NCBI RefSeq assembly: GCF_037621005.1
Contig: NZ_JASJLB010000001.1
Reading direction: 5' to 3' (one strand)
Source of the DNA: Parasphingorhabdus sp.
Lineage (GTDB): Bacteria; Pseudomonadota; Alphaproteobacteria; Sphingomonadales; Sphingomonadaceae
DNA: 64,000 nt
The notes beneath the pieces are model-generated. The model was not told the origin of the DNA. It saw nothing but the letters and a program-made list of their open reading frames with translations, and did no database searches. Made by a program: the position numbers and the translations under genes. Every line of letters begins with the position of its first letter. Positions within the stretch are counted from its first letter, which is position 1. Positions 1-10,778 of the stretch are shown here, piece after piece.

Positions 1-1051
1 CGGCCATATTGGGTCGCCGCATGATTCCGCGATAGCCCTCGAAACGTCCGGTTTCCTCGCTGAAACAGGGTATCGCGCTCATCCGCCAGTTGCCAGCGAC
101 GATCGCCGCTCCGCAGAGCCGCATCCGAGCATTTTCCATAGGCATGCGCTGACGAAATGCCGCCGCACCATAAGCGTCGGGGCCGGGTCCTTCATCAAAG
201 GCTGGCTGGGCTATGGTCACACCAACAATAGCCCCTTTCGGTGGCCCCTCAGTCCAGGTAATCGTGCCGGATTGATCGGTTTCGAATCGGATGGTCTCGA
301 GCGATTTGACAAAGAAACTTTTGTTGTCACCATCATTCATCGGTGGACGAAGCGTTTCGACTGGGCGATTCTTTTTAAAGTCAGCGATTTTTTCCACCAA
401 CGCTCTAATCTGTGATTCTGCCAGATGTTCGGCGGGATCGCCTGAACGGTCTGCTGGCGAATCCATCGCAGGTTGTTTAACCGAACTAAGACCGGGCGGT
501 GACGCATCTTGTCCAGCTTGCCCTTTTCGAGATTGCGGAGTCGACTCGTCCTGCTGGTCATCTGCGACCACAAAACCCTTTGATTGCAATCGTTGCTGAG
601 CGCGAGGCGAAAGCCTGGGGAATGCGTCCGCGCAGATTTCCGGGGTCAGGTCCGCGGCCGCCATCGCTGCATCACAGATTGTATCGGTATCGGCAGTCAA
701 ATAGACCAGCAAAGGAGCGGAGCGCAATCGACCGTTCAGTGATTGCACAGCGGCCAGACGGTCCTGTTCGGAAACCCGGTCATGCAGATCATGCAACCGG
801 GCAAATCCCGCCTGGACGTCCTGATTGCCCAAGTCCCTGGGTTTCTGCGCCAACAGATCAATCACTTGCCGCCATTGCGTAGCAGCGCCTGGGCCTTCCG
901 GCAGGCTTCCCTTGAGCACAGTGGTCAGACGGTCATCGAAGCGCAATATTAGATCCCGAAAATTATTAGTGTAGTCAATTGTTAACCGGGTGATAACCCT
1001 TTCAGGGGGCAACAGGAAGCGATGAAATTTTCGCGTCACAATGTGGGACAT
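1..1051 (-). CDS. Hypothetical protein, 5' part only (runs off the left edge); possibly the N-terminal sensory region of a sensor kinase
   Basis: Absent from the supplied ORF track because it is edge-truncated. Manual minus-strand translation from ATG (complement of 1049-1051) gives an uninterrupted ~350-codon frame to position 1: MSHIVTRKFHRFLLPPERVITRLTIDYTNNFRDLILRFDDRLTTVLKGSL...GNWRMSAIPCFSEETGRFEGYRGIMRRPNMA. Two in-frame TAA codons lie just upstream of the ATG. The function guess rests only on my recollection of similar N-termini in alphaproteobacterial PAS kinases. Confidence 0.6.
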   Translation of the reverse strand, partial: MSHIVTRKFHRFLLPPERVITRLTIDYTNNFRDLILRFDDRLTTVLKGSLPEGPGAATQWRQVIDLLAQKPRDLGNQDVQAGFARLHDLHDRVSEQDRLAAVQSLNGRLRSAPLLVYLTADTDTICDAAMAAADLTPEICADAFPRLSPRAQQRLQSKGFVVADDQQDESTPQSRKGQAGQDASPPGLSSVKQPAMDSPADRSGDPAEHLAESQIRALVEKIADFKKNRPVETLRPPMNDGDNKSFFVKSLETIRFETDQSGTITWTEGPPKGAIVGVTIAQPAFDEGPGPDAYGAAAFRQRMPMENARMRLCGAAIVAGNWRMSAIPCFSEETGRFEGYRGIMRRPNMA

Positions 1052-1124
1052 GGGAGAAAGCGTTGCTTGGTCTGCTTATTATATTATAACGATCGAATGA
1101 TTCGCGAACGGATATTACATTTCT

Positions 1125-1598
1125 ATGGCTGACACGAACTTAGATGAAATTGACCTGAAAATTCTGCAGCGGTTGCAAGATGATGGCCGGATTACCAATG
1201 TGGAACTAGCAAATAGCGTGGGTTTGACGGCCCCGCCCTGCCTTCGCCGCATGCGCGCATTGGAAGACCAAGGGGTGATCAACTCCTATCACGCAGCGAT
1301 TAATCCCACCAAAATGGGCTATACGATCACAGTATTCGCAATGGTCAGCCTGAAAAGCCAGGCAGAAACCGATTTGCAGGCGTTCGAAGAACATGTGCAA
1401 AAGCTCCCCGAAGTCCGCGAATGCTATATGCTCAATGGCGAAATCGATTTTATATTAAAGGTGGTCGCCAAAGACCTTCAGCAATTTCAAAGCTTTTTGA
1501 CCAGCCAGCTGACAGCAGCCCCGAATGTGGCCAGTGTAAAAACATCGCTCACTATCAGGTCGGCCAAACATTTGCCCGGCGTTCCGATCATGGAATAA
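1125..1598 (+). CDS. Lrp/AsnC family transcriptional regulator
   Basis: 157 aa. The N-terminal HTH (LDEIDLKILQRLQDDGRITNVELANSVGLTAPPCLRRMRALEDQGVI) is followed by an AsnC-type ligand-binding domain. It is divergent from the upstream gene and has an AT-rich 73-bp spacer. Confidence 0.9.
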   Translation: MADTNLDEIDLKILQRLQDDGRITNVELANSVGLTAPPCLRRMRALEDQGVINSYHAAINPTKMGYTITVFAMVSLKSQAETDLQAFEEHVQKLPEVRECYMLNGEIDFILKVVAKDLQQFQSFLTSQLTAAPNVASVKTSLTIRSAKHLPGVPIME

Positions 1599-1625
1599 AA
1601 AAGGGCGCCGATGGCGCCCTTTTTC
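1597..1625. terminator. Bidirectional rho-independent terminator between convergent genes
   Basis: Perfect 9-bp stem aagggcgcc / ggcgccctt (1601-1609 / 1613-1621) with a 3-nt loop. It is flanked by an A-run on the left and a T-run on the right. It sits between the Lrp stop (1598) and the stop of the minus-strand gene (1647). Confidence 0.8.
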
Positions 1626-1646
1626 AAACTTGCAAGTGGGGTTCGG

Positions 1647-2936
1647 CTAGCTTGCCGGTTCCGTTATAGCCGTTGCTGGGGCCGCTGCTTCAACTTGTTG
1701 CCCGATCCAGGTCTGCCACATGCTAGCAAGGGGCGAACGTGTTCCCGCAACCTTCGCAAAGGCCTGCTTTGCTGCTGCCAAGTCGCCGGCGAAGGCTTGG
1801 GCTGTACCTATCCCCATATAGCCGCGATTTATATCGGCTCCGGGTTTGGAGAGCCCTGCTTCGTAAAAGGCCACGGCCTTGCCGAAATCTTTGTAACCAA
1901 GCCAAACGTCGGCGAAGTTCATCATCACCGAACTGCTTCCGGATCCTCGTACGCCGGATGGTTGGGGCGGGAGTGACGCCCGGTCAGCCAACACTTCGCG
2001 CCGCGCTGGTACGAGAACTTCGGCGACCAGCGGACTAGTGGCGCTCACGATGCCTTTTTGTTGCCCTTCTTCCAGAACAGCAACCACTTCACCAAATAGA
2101 TTCTTGCGCTGCGCCTCTTCGGCAAACTCCTGATAGTCACGCGATGTTTTGAGCGCACCAGTGGCTTTCATAAACCGCAAGACCTCGAGATTCTGGACAC
2201 TGTCGGATTGCGATGTGCGGCGGCTCGCTGCCACGGCATCACCCCAGGAGTCTCCGGAAGGATAAGCGGAAGCCCATTTCGCTGCCCAAGTGGAATAAAG
2301 ATCCATATCTCCACTTGCCAGCCCGCGATCGCGGGCCAGTCGGTACCAGGATTCCGGTGCCTTAGTCGGCGAAGCATTGCCGTTGTTTAGAATTTCATCC
2401 CACTTTGCGAGACCTTCGACATACATGTTCCGTTTGAAAAAGCTCTCAGCCAGTAATGGTTCGATGTTGTTTGCACGATAGCCCAGATCATAGGCCGCCT
2501 GGAAAAATTTCCCCGCTTCTGCCCAGCGTTCAGCGCCATAAGCAAAATTTCCGGCAAAAAAGTTGAAGCCGGGCAATTGCTCCGCTCCGGTGCGCCCGCT
2601 GTCGAGCGAGGCAATGATGCCTTTCTCCTGCAATGCAGGATCTTTCATTGTACCGCCGAGTTGAATGGCCAACTGGCCCGCGACAAAACGATCGTCAGGT
2701 GCCAAATTTTCAGCCAGCAAGGCCTCGACCATCGGCTTAGCTGTTGCGGGCGTTTCGGTTGCCATGGCGGCTTGAATTGCAGCCACTTTTGGCATCACTT
2801 CTTTGCTGATCTTAATATCAGACTCTTGTTCTTTTTTCTTTTTCGCTGCCTGGGCTTCCTGCGGCAAGGCCGTTACTGCCAGCGTACCAGCAGTTGCCAA
2901 CGCGACAGCCATGGAAAAATGAGATAAAAAACGCAT
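1647..2936 (-). CDS. Secreted hypothetical protein, helical-repeat (TPR-like) composition
   Basis: The ORF track gives 1647..3020. I prefer the ATG at 2936 (MRFLSHFSMAVALATAGTLAVTALPQEAQA). It yields a classic signal peptide and is preceded by GGAGGA 6 nt upstream. No specific family recognised. Confidence 0.7.
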   Translation of the reverse strand: MRFLSHFSMAVALATAGTLAVTALPQEAQAAKKKKEQESDIKISKEVMPKVAAIQAAMATETPATAKPMVEALLAENLAPDDRFVAGQLAIQLGGTMKDPALQEKGIIASLDSGRTGAEQLPGFNFFAGNFAYGAERWAEAGKFFQAAYDLGYRANNIEPLLAESFFKRNMYVEGLAKWDEILNNGNASPTKAPESWYRLARDRGLASGDMDLYSTWAAKWASAYPSGDSWGDAVAASRRTSQSDSVQNLEVLRFMKATGALKTSRDYQEFAEEAQRKNLFGEVVAVLEEGQQKGIVSATSPLVAEVLVPARREVLADRASLPPQPSGVRGSGSSSVMMNFADVWLGYKDFGKAVAFYEAGLSKPGADINRGYMGIGTAQAFAGDLAAAKQAFAKVAGTRSPLASMWQTWIGQQVEAAAPATAITEPAS

Positions 2937-3123
2937 GAATATCCTCCGAACGATTATTATTTGGGGGAAACAGGTTCCCCGGAATATGGTTGCACCACAC
3001 ACTCTTGGCCCTATTACCAAGCTTTCATCGCTTTTCTAGGGTGAATCCGCTGAATAGAGGTTGAACGGTTGGTGTTCCGTGGCACTGTTGAGCATTCCCT
3101 ATGATATAATGAGGTAAAATCGC

Positions 3124-3882
3124 GTGCTTGCAATTATTTCTCCCGCCAAATCACTGGATTTTGAATCGATTATTCCGGCGATCCCGTCATCCGAAAACCG
3201 CTTCCCCGAGGAAACGGAAAGGTTGGCAAGCGCGATCGGGAATCTGACGACCAGCAAGCTGAAGGCGATCATGCCGGTTTCGGACAAGCTCATTGCTCTC
3301 AACCAGCAGCGGTATAGCAAATTTTTCGATCAGCCCGAAAGACCCGCGATTTTCGCGTATAATGGCGACGTCTATACCGGGTTCGCAGCGCGCAGCATCG
3401 GAGAGGAAGCAATGGGCTTTGCGCAGGATCATTTGCGCATCCTCTCTGGCCTTTATGGATTGCTCCGCCCCATGGATCCGATTCGTCCCCACCGACTGGA
3501 AATGGGCACGAAATGGGCACCCCGCTACAATAAGCTGACCGACTTCTGGAAGGACAAGATTGCCAAGGCACTGGCGGCGGATCTCGAACAAATCGGTAGC
3601 GACACCATCGTCAATCTGGCGAGCAATGAATATTGGGCATCGGTCAAACCCCATAGCGCAAATTTGCCCGGACGAATCATCGAAGTCGATTTTCGCAAGG
3701 ACGGCCCCGACGGCCCCAAGTTCATCAGCTTTGAAGCAAAACGCGCGCGCGGGATGATGGCCCGCTATATCTGCGAAAACCATCTGACTGATCCTGAGAT
3801 GCTCAAGGGCTTTGACCATGACGGTTACGGCTATGATGCGGAAGCCAGCACAGAAAACAGCCTTCGTTTCATTCGCACATGA
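3124..3882 (+). CDS. yaaA: Peroxide stress protein YaaA (DUF328/UPF0246)
   Basis: 252 aa with a GTG start. N-terminus MLAIISPAKSLDF and overall length are typical of YaaA. Confidence 0.85.
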   Translation: MLAIISPAKSLDFESIIPAIPSSENRFPEETERLASAIGNLTTSKLKAIMPVSDKLIALNQQRYSKFFDQPERPAIFAYNGDVYTGFAARSIGEEAMGFAQDHLRILSGLYGLLRPMDPIRPHRLEMGTKWAPRYNKLTDFWKDKIAKALAADLEQIGSDTIVNLASNEYWASVKPHSANLPGRIIEVDFRKDGPDGPKFISFEAKRARGMMARYICENHLTDPEMLKGFDHDGYGYDAEASTENSLRFIRT

Positions 3883-4583
3883 CCGGACAATCGGCAGTCA
3901 TTTTTGGCGCGACCGGGGGGATTGGCTCGGCGATCGCCGATGCCCTTGAAGCCGACAGCCGATTTGATAATATTATCCGGTTCTCCCGCGCCGGCGACAG
4001 CCCTGTCCCCGTCGACCTGACATCAGAGGCGAGCATCCGGGATGCAGCTGCTTGGATAACGGATAACAAGATTTCGCCGTCGATAGTGTTCGTCGCCACT
4101 GGCTTGCTGCATGATGATAATAGAGGACCAGAAAAAAGTATCCGGCAGCTGGATGCCAACTGGCTCTTGGAAAGCTATCAGGTGAACGCGATTGGTCCGG
4201 TATTGATCGCGAAATATTTTCTTTCGTTGATGGATCGAAAAGAGATTTTAAGATTCGCTGTCCTCTCGGCTAGAGTCGGCAGTATCTCGGATAACCGGCT
4301 CGGTGGTTGGTATGGCTACCGGGCAGCCAAGGCGGCGCTCAATATGATGATCCGCAACCTGTCAATTGAATGGTCCCGCAAGAATGACAGATCGATTATC
4401 GTGGCGCTGCACCCAGGCACTGTCGACACCACGCTGAGCCAGCCATTTCAGGGCAATGTTCCGTCAGCGAAACTGTTTGATTCCAATCGCGCCGCGCGGC
4501 AGCTTCTGGATGTTCTCGATGCGCTGGAACCTGCGGATAGCGGGAAAATTTTCGCGTGGGATGGAGCGGAAATCAAACCCTGA
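3879..4583 (+). CDS. SDR family NAD(P)-dependent oxidoreductase
   Basis: GATGGIGSA dinucleotide-binding motif near the N-terminus and a YRAAKAA (YxxxK) catalytic motif. ATGA overlap with yaaA. Confidence 0.85.
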   Translation: MTGQSAVIFGATGGIGSAIADALEADSRFDNIIRFSRAGDSPVPVDLTSEASIRDAAAWITDNKISPSIVFVATGLLHDDNRGPEKSIRQLDANWLLESYQVNAIGPVLIAKYFLSLMDRKEILRFAVLSARVGSISDNRLGGWYGYRAAKAALNMMIRNLSIEWSRKNDRSIIVALHPGTVDTTLSQPFQGNVPSAKLFDSNRAARQLLDVLDALEPADSGKIFAWDGAEIKP

Positions 4584-4689
4584 TTTTGGCACTGTATTAT
4601 TATTGTAAAACTGGGCCGAAAGACTGGCTTTTACTGGTCCGTTCCCCTAGAAGAACCCTAAAGAAAAAACCCATGGAAAAGGCCCGTTT

Positions 4690-7440
4690 GTGAACGAACA
4701 AACCACTCCACCGTCGCCGTCCAATATTGAAACGATAGACATCGTCGATGAGATGAAAACCAGCTACATGGATTATGCCATGTCGGTCATCGTCAGCCGC
4801 GCGTTACCTGACGTGCGCGATGGCCTGAAGCCGGTTCATCGTCGTATATTGTTCGCCGCGCAAGAAGGCGGCATGGTCGCCGGACGGCCCTATCGCAAAT
4901 GCGCGAAAATCGTCGGTGACGTGATGGGCAATTACCACCCCCATGGCGACAGCGCGATCTACATGGCGCTGGCACGGATGACCCAGGACTGGTCGATGCG
5001 CGTGCCTTTGATCGACGGACAGGGCAATTTTGGTTCGATGGACCCCGATATGCCGGCATCGATGCGTTACACCGAAGCGCGGCTGAACAAGGTTGCCAAT
5101 TTCCTGCTCAACGACCTCGACAAGGATACCGTCGATTTCGTACCCAATTATGATGGCAGCCGCGAAGAACCGAATGTTCTCCCCGCCCGCTTTCCAAACC
5201 TGCTGGTCAATGGTGCTGGCGGCATCGCGGTTGGCATGGCCACCAATATTCCGCCGCACAATCTCGGCGAGGTGATCAACGCCAGCCTTGCCTATATCGA
5301 AAATCCGGGAATCACGATTGACGAACTGATCGAAATTGTCCCCGGGCCAGATTTTCCGACTGCGCCCTTGATATTAGGTCAGTCCGGCGCCCGCGCTGCC
5401 TATAAGGATGGCCGCGGATCGATCATGATGCGCGCGCGTCATATCATCGAGGAAGGACGGGGCGACAAACGCTCCATCGTCCTGACATCGATTCCCTTTC
5501 AGGTCGGCAAATCCGGCCTAGTCGAAAAAATCGCCGAAGCCGCCAAGGACAAGCGTATCGAGGGCGTCTCCGACATTCGCGATGAATCCAGCCGCGCCGG
5601 TGTCCGGGTCGTTATCGAATTGAAGCGCGATGCGACCACTGATGTCGTGCTCAACCAGATTTGGCGCTTCACCCCTGCCCAGTCCAGCTTCCCGGCGAAT
5701 ATGCTTGCCATTCGCGGCGGCCGTCCCGAAGTTCTCACTTTGCGCGACATCATCGAATCCTTCGTCAAATTCCGCGAAGAAGTCATCACCCGGCGGACAA
5801 AATTTGAACTCAACAAGGCACGCGAACGGGCCCATATCTTGCTCGGCCTAGTGGTTGCGGTCACCAATATGGACGAGGTCGTCCGGATCATTCGTGGATC
5901 CTCAACCCCGGCAGAAGCCCGTGAATCGCTGCTGCATCGCGAGTGGCCGATTGCCGAGATCGCATCCTATATCCGTCTAGTCGAGGCGATTGAAACCGAG
6001 ATTGAGGGCGATAGCTACAAATTGTCCCAGGTTCAGGTGAAGGCGATTCTGGATCTGCGCCTGCAAAAGCTGACCGCGCTCGGCCGCGAAGAAATTGGCG
6101 ATGAACTGAAGCACCTAGCTGCTGCGATTGAGGAATATCTGGCAATATTGGCCGACCGCGAAAAACTTTATACCGTGATGCGCGAAGAGCTTGAAGAAGT
6201 GCGCGACGAATTTGCAACGCCGCGCCTGTCGGAAATCACCGCCGCCTGGGATGGTCTGGAAGATGAAGATCTGATGGAACGCTCGGAAATGGTCGTGACC
6301 GTTACCCATGGCGGCTATATCAAGCGGACGCCGCTTGACACATTCCGGGCCCAGCGCCGCGGTGGCAAAGGCCGCGCCGGCATGGCGACCAAGGATGAAG
6401 ATGCGATCACCGAGCTGTTCGTGACGTCAACACATACACCAGTCTTGTTCTTCTCGACCCATGGCAAAGTCTATCGACTCAAAGTCTGGAAACTCCCCGA
6501 AGGCGGACCACAAACCAAAGGCCGGCCTATGGTCAACCTGCTGCCACTGGCGGACGGGGAAGTAATTTCCACTGTCTTGCCATTGCCCGAAGACGAAGCG
6601 GAATGGGCCGCGCTGCATGTCATGTTTGCTACTGCCAAAGGCGGCGTCCGACGCAACAGCATGGACAGCTTCACCAATGTGCCGTCCAATGGCAAGTTTG
6701 CAATGAAATTTGACGAGGAAAGCGAGGATCGTCTGATCGGCGTGGAATTGCTGACCGACAATGATGATGTCTTGCTGGCGACCAGAAACGGCAAAGCCAT
6801 TCGCTTCGCTGGAGACGCCGTCCGCTCCTTCCAGAGCCGCACATCCACCGGTGTCCGCGGCATTGCCTTGAAGGGCGATGACGAGGTTATTTCGTTGTCG
6901 GTCTTGCGCGGTTTTGAAGCGTCGACCGAGGAACGCGACCAATATCTCAAGGCTGCACCCTGGAAAGACAATGAGAACGCACCGGAACTGTCCGCCGAGC
7001 GCATGACTGAATTTAGTGAAACCGAAGACTTCATCCTGACCGTCTGTGCCAATGGCTATGGCAAGCGCTCAAGCGCCTACGAATATCGCCAGTCCGGGCG
7101 CGGCGGTCAGGGTATATTGAATATCGACAATATCAAGCGCAATGGCACGGTTGTCGCCAGTTTCCGCGCAAGCAACGACGAGCAGGTCATGCTGGTCACC
7201 GACCAGGCCAAGCTCATTCGCATGAAGGTCGCGGATATGCGGGTGATTGGACGGAATAGCTCGGGCGTCAAATTGTTCGATGTCGCCAAAGGCGAACATG
7301 TCGTGGGCGCTGCCAAGATCGACGAAGAAGAAGAGCCAGAAAACGAAGCAGAAGATGCAGTGGTCGACGAAATGGTTGATCAGGGCATTTCTGATGGCGA
7401 AACGGCGACACCTGATGAGCCTGAAGATACAGCTGAATAA
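4690..7440 (+). CDS. gyrA: DNA gyrase subunit A
   Basis: 916 aa. It has the [13 protein letters not shown] region, the catalytic-Tyr context [11 protein letters not shown]-terminal beta-pinwheel repeats and an acidic tail. Confidence 0.97.
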   Translation: MNEQTTPPSPSNIETIDIVDEMKTSYMDYAMSVIVSRALPDVRDGLKPVHRRILFAAQEGGMVAGRPYRKCAKIVGDVMGNYHPHGDSAIYMALARMTQDWSMRVPLIDGQGNFGSMDPDMPASMRYTEARLNKVANFLLNDLDKDTVDFVPNYDGSREEPNVLPARFPNLLVNGAGGIAVGMATNIPPHNLGEVINASLAYIENPGITIDELIEIVPGPDFPTAPLILGQSGARAAYKDGRGSIMMRARHIIEEGRGDKRSIVLTSIPFQVGKSGLVEKIAEAAKDKRIEGVSDIRDESSRAGVRVVIELKRDATTDVVLNQIWRFTPAQSSFPANMLAIRGGRPEVLTLRDIIESFVKFREEVITRRTKFELNKARERAHILLGLVVAVTNMDEVVRIIRGSSTPAEARESLLHREWPIAEIASYIRLVEAIETEIEGDSYKLSQVQVKAILDLRLQKLTALGREEIGDELKHLAAAIEEYLAILADREKLYTVMREELEEVRDEFATPRLSEITAAWDGLEDEDLMERSEMVVTVTHGGYIKRTPLDTFRAQRRGGKGRAGMATKDEDAITELFVTSTHTPVLFFSTHGKVYRLKVWKLPEGGPQTKGRPMVNLLPLADGEVISTVLPLPEDEAEWAALHVMFATAKGGVRRNSMDSFTNVPSNGKFAMKFDEESEDRLIGVELLTDNDDVLLATRNGKAIRFAGDAVRSFQSRTSTGVRGIALKGDDEVISLSVLRGFEASTEERDQYLKAAPWKDNENAPELSAERMTEFSETEDFILTVCANGYGKRSSAYEYRQSGRGGQGILNIDNIKRNGTVVASFRASNDEQVMLVTDQAKLIRMKVADMRVIGRNSSGVKLFDVAKGEHVVGAAKIDEEEEPENEAEDAVVDEMVDQGISDGETATPDEPEDTAE

Positions 7441-7556
7441 TCTGTTTCCATTGGTCCGGAGCTTGTAGAACGACATGTTGGAAAAAGATGCTGCGGTTCG
7501 GGTAAAGGTGCTTCGGCGGGCTCAACACAAACGGAATTGAATCGAATGGGAAGCCA

Positions 7557-8393
7557 ATGAAAATCAATCCATCCCCCCAAGCTTGCGGAGCAGAGGTGAC
7601 GGGCGTTGACCTGACAAAGCCGCTTGCCGATGAGACCGTTGCTGCCATTCGATCCACATGGCTGGAACATCATGTTCTGTCCTTTCCGAACCAGGCGATG
7701 ACCGATGATGATCTCGAGCGGTTTACCCAATATTTTGGTGACTTCGGCCATGATCCGTTTTTTGATCCGATCGAAGGACGCAAACATATTGCCGCCATCC
7801 GGCGCGATTCTGATGAGAAAAGCCCTCTCTTTGCGGAAAACTGGCACAGCGACTGGAGCTTTCAGGCGCAGCCACCTTCCGGAACCTGCTTGTTGGGGAT
7901 CACCATCCCGCCGGTTGGCGGCAACACTTTATTCGCCAATCAACATGCTGCCCTCGTTGCGATGCCGTCCGAGATGCGTGCAAAATATGAAGGCTTGATC
8001 GCGATCCATAGCGCACAAATGGCTTATGCCCCCGATGGCGCTTATGGCGAAAGAGACGAGGGCCGCAGCATGGCGATCCGTCCCGATGAATCGGCCCGCG
8101 AGACCCAGACCCATCTCTTGATCCGCGAGCATCCGGAAACCGGTCGTCCCGGACTGTTCAGCTGCATGGGTTATATTATCGGCTTTGAAGGCATGGAACA
8201 GCAGGACGCCCTGCCCCTGCTCCAGCAACTATACGCCTGGCAAAGCCGCGATGAATTTGTCTATCGCCACCAGTGGCAGCCCGACATGCTGGTCATGTGG
8301 GACAATCGCTCGGTGTTGCACTGCGCGACCGGTGGCTATGACGGCCATGACCGATTATTGCACCGAACAACGATCGCCGCTTATCAGGCGTGA
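7557..8393 (+). CDS. TauD/TfdA family Fe(II)/2-oxoglutarate dioxygenase
   Basis: 278 aa. HSDWSF (HxD iron ligands), a distal His near the C-terminus (VLHCATG..HRLLHRTTI) and typical TauD-family length. Confidence 0.8.
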   Translation: MKINPSPQACGAEVTGVDLTKPLADETVAAIRSTWLEHHVLSFPNQAMTDDDLERFTQYFGDFGHDPFFDPIEGRKHIAAIRRDSDEKSPLFAENWHSDWSFQAQPPSGTCLLGITIPPVGGNTLFANQHAALVAMPSEMRAKYEGLIAIHSAQMAYAPDGAYGERDEGRSMAIRPDESARETQTHLLIREHPETGRPGLFSCMGYIIGFEGMEQQDALPLLQQLYAWQSRDEFVYRHQWQPDMLVMWDNRSVLHCATGGYDGHDRLLHRTTIAAYQA

Positions 8394-9064
8394 ACCGGAT
8401 CGGCGCTATCCGCCGCCATTTCGTGACGCAATGTCGCCACGATGCCGGTCGCGATCATGAACTGACCGAAATAATATAAGGGCCAGATCAGCATCTCCGG
8501 AATGTTGCCGGTGTCCAGCGGGCCCATTCGCGCAAATATCAGCAAGTCGGAGATCAGGAACATAATCGCACCAGCGCCAACCTGAAAACGCGAAAAGCGG
8601 CTCGTCCACGCCATCGCCGCCATCGCCGCAACCGACAGGCAATAGACTGCCACCACGACAGCGTCTGCCCGGTTAGAGGGCAAAGCCCAGGCGATCAGCA
8701 CCGACAGAGGCACGAGAATGATGGCAAAGGCCTTTTGACTGAACGCCAGTTTATGGCGGCGGAAGCGGGAATAAAACAGAATTGCGAGCAGATGCCCTGC
8801 CATAAACGCGCCAGCGCCCAAGATAAGGTCATATTCTAGGGCCATGTCACCGATCGCACCAACCGCCATGATCGCGCCAACAATCTTGCCGTCAAGACGG
8901 TGCAGGCGAATCAGCGCATAAATCGCAAGGAATCCGACACCAGCCCCTTTCCAGGTCATCAGATACACACCGGGGATATTGTTATCCTTGACGAAGAAAT
9001 AGCTGATCCCGAACAGCAGGCTGAGCAGCAGAAATGGTCTGGATTCGGCAAATGCGCTTTTCAT
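8384..9064 (-). CDS. YhhN/lysoplasmalogenase family membrane protein
   Basis: Polytopic membrane protein with the FLISDLLIF motif typical of YhhN. The ORF track starts at GTG 9103, and ATGs at 9091 and 9064 are alternatives. Its 3' end overlaps the convergent TauD-family gene by 10 nt. Confidence 0.7.
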   Translation of the reverse strand: MKSAFAESRPFLLLSLLFGISYFFVKDNNIPGVYLMTWKGAGVGFLAIYALIRLHRLDGKIVGAIMAVGAIGDMALEYDLILGAGAFMAGHLLAILFYSRFRRHKLAFSQKAFAIILVPLSVLIAWALPSNRADAVVVAVYCLSVAAMAAMAWTSRFSRFQVGAGAIMFLISDLLIFARMGPLDTGNIPEMLIWPLYYFGQFMIATGIVATLRHEMAADSADPVHA

Positions 9065-9160
9065 AGGAATAGATCGTCCCCTCTTCAACATCGCCTCTAT
9101 CACGCAACAGGCACGACTGCCAGATTGACATTATAGCCTTACCACAACACTAAGGCGCGC

Positions 9161-10513
9161 ATGACAGATATACATATTATCGGCGGCGGGCTCGCCGGAT
9201 CAGAAGCAGCATGGCAATTGGCGGAACAGGGCGTGAAAGTCCGCCTTTCCGAGATGCGGGGGAGCGGAGAGATGACCCCTGCCCATCAAACCGATGGTCT
9301 GGCCGAGCTCGTTTGCTCGAACAGCTTCCGGTCTGATGATGCGGAGAAAAATGCCGTCGGACTTTTGCATCAGGAAATGCGCGACCTCAACTCGATCATC
9401 ATCGGTGAAGGTGACGTACATCGCCTGCCCGCTGGATCAGCTCTTGCCGTCGACCGCGATCATTTCTCCGATGGAGTCACCAAGCGGCTGAGCGAACATC
9501 CCAATATTGAAATTGTGCGCGAACGTATCGATCAACTGCCAGACAGCGGATTGACCATCGTCGCCACCGGTCCGCTCACCGCGATGACTTTAGCAGAAAG
9601 TATTGGCGCCGCGACCGGCGAGGACTCCCTCGCCTTTTTCGACGCCATCGCGCCGATTGTCTATAAAGAGAGCATCGATATGGACATCGCCTGGATGCAG
9701 TCGCGCTGGGACAAGGTCGGCCCGGAAGGCGATGGCAAGGATTATATCAACTGCCCAATGGACCGCGACCAATATGAAGCGTTCATTCAAGGCCTGCTTG
9801 ACGGTGAAAAGACAGACTTCAAGCAATGGGAGAAGGACACACCCTATTTCGAGGGCTGCATGCCGATCGAAGTAATGGCCTCGCGCGGTCCGGAAACCCT
9901 TCGGTTCGGGCCGATGAAGCCGGTTGGCCTCACCAATTCCCACACCGGCGGAAAGGCCTATGCGGTGGTCCAGCTTCGGCAGGATAATGCACTCGGAACG
10001 CTCTGGAATATGGTGGGTTTTCAGACCAAGTTGAAATATGGTGCTCAGGCCGAGCTTCTCAAAACCATTCCCGGTCTGGAAAAGGCAGAGTTCGCCCGGA
10101 TGGGCGGTCTCCACCGCAACACATTCATCAACGCACCCAAATTGCTCGACAAGGAACTGCGCCTTAAAAAGGCCCCGCATATCCGCTTCGCCGGCCAGAT
10201 CACCGGCTGCGAAGGCTATGTCGAAAGCGCTGCGGTCGGACTGATGGTTGGCCGGATGATTGCAGCAGAAATTCGCGGCGAGCCCTTCACCCTGCCCCCG
10301 CAAACGACCGCCTTCGGGGCGCTGTTGGCACATATTACCGGCGGCGCCGACGCCCGCGACTATCAGCCGATGAATGTCAATTTCGGCCTTTTCCCCCCCT
10401 TTGAGGAGCGGGTGAAGAAGAATGAGCGGAAGGAAGCCTATACCTCCAGAGCCCGGAAAGATTTCGCCAACTGGCTGCAGCCCCTGTCAGCAAAAGGCCT
10501 GCAACTCGCCTAG
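9161..10513 (+). CDS. trmFO: Methylenetetrahydrofolate--tRNA-(uracil-5-)-methyltransferase TrmFO
   Basis: 450 aa. N-terminal FAD fold [16 protein letters not shown] and full-length resemblance to TrmFO/Gid. Confidence 0.93.
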   Translation: MTDIHIIGGGLAGSEAAWQLAEQGVKVRLSEMRGSGEMTPAHQTDGLAELVCSNSFRSDDAEKNAVGLLHQEMRDLNSIIIGEGDVHRLPAGSALAVDRDHFSDGVTKRLSEHPNIEIVRERIDQLPDSGLTIVATGPLTAMTLAESIGAATGEDSLAFFDAIAPIVYKESIDMDIAWMQSRWDKVGPEGDGKDYINCPMDRDQYEAFIQGLLDGEKTDFKQWEKDTPYFEGCMPIEVMASRGPETLRFGPMKPVGLTNSHTGGKAYAVVQLRQDNALGTLWNMVGFQTKLKYGAQAELLKTIPGLEKAEFARMGGLHRNTFINAPKLLDKELRLKKAPHIRFAGQITGCEGYVESAAVGLMVGRMIAAEIRGEPFTLPPQTTAFGALLAHITGGADARDYQPMNVNFGLFPPFEERVKKNERKEAYTSRARKDFANWLQPLSAKGLQLA

Positions 10514-10612
10514 ATCAAGACCCTAGTATTTACAACGGGGGCCGAACGCTCTGGGCGGTATCGCCGGCGCAGCACTGACCGTTTGCGGGCCCAGCTGAGC
10601 CTCCGGCAGGCT

Positions 10613-10747
10613 CTAGGTTTCGGACGGTTGTCGTGGCGGCGGTGCAGCGGGAATCGGAGCATCCTGTTCCTGTGCACCAATCCACAGGAACAGGCCCACA
10701 GTCAGCATCAGCAATATGACGGCGGCACCGGCGGAAAATTTCTTCAT
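10613..10747 (-). CDS. Possible small membrane protein (44 aa)
   Basis: Below the ORF-track length cut-off and found by manual translation: MKKFSAGAAVILLMLTVGLFLWIGAQEQDAPIPAAPPPRQPSET. It has one clear TM helix and lies 31 nt downstream of the preceding minus-strand gene. No convincing SD. Confidence 0.3.
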   Translation of the reverse strand: MKKFSAGAAVILLMLTVGLFLWIGAQEQDAPIPAAPPPRQPSET

Positions 10748-10778
10748 AAGCGAAATCCGCGGATCAGCGACTGTCGAT

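Noticed and set aside
2949-2979. EcfG-type general-stress promoter (GGAAC...CGTT) upstream of the secreted TPR-like gene on the minus strand
   Set aside because: The spacer between GGAAC (complement of 2974-2978) and CGTT (complement of 2949-2952) is 21 nt rather than 16-17. The -10 element would also sit only ~15 nt from the ATG.
4641-4656. GTTC-N8-GAAC palindrome upstream of gyrA as a LexA/SOS box
   Set aside because: The alphaproteobacterial LexA site is a direct repeat, GTTC-N7-GTTC. This one is inverted with an 8-nt spacer, and gyrA is not an expected SOS gene.
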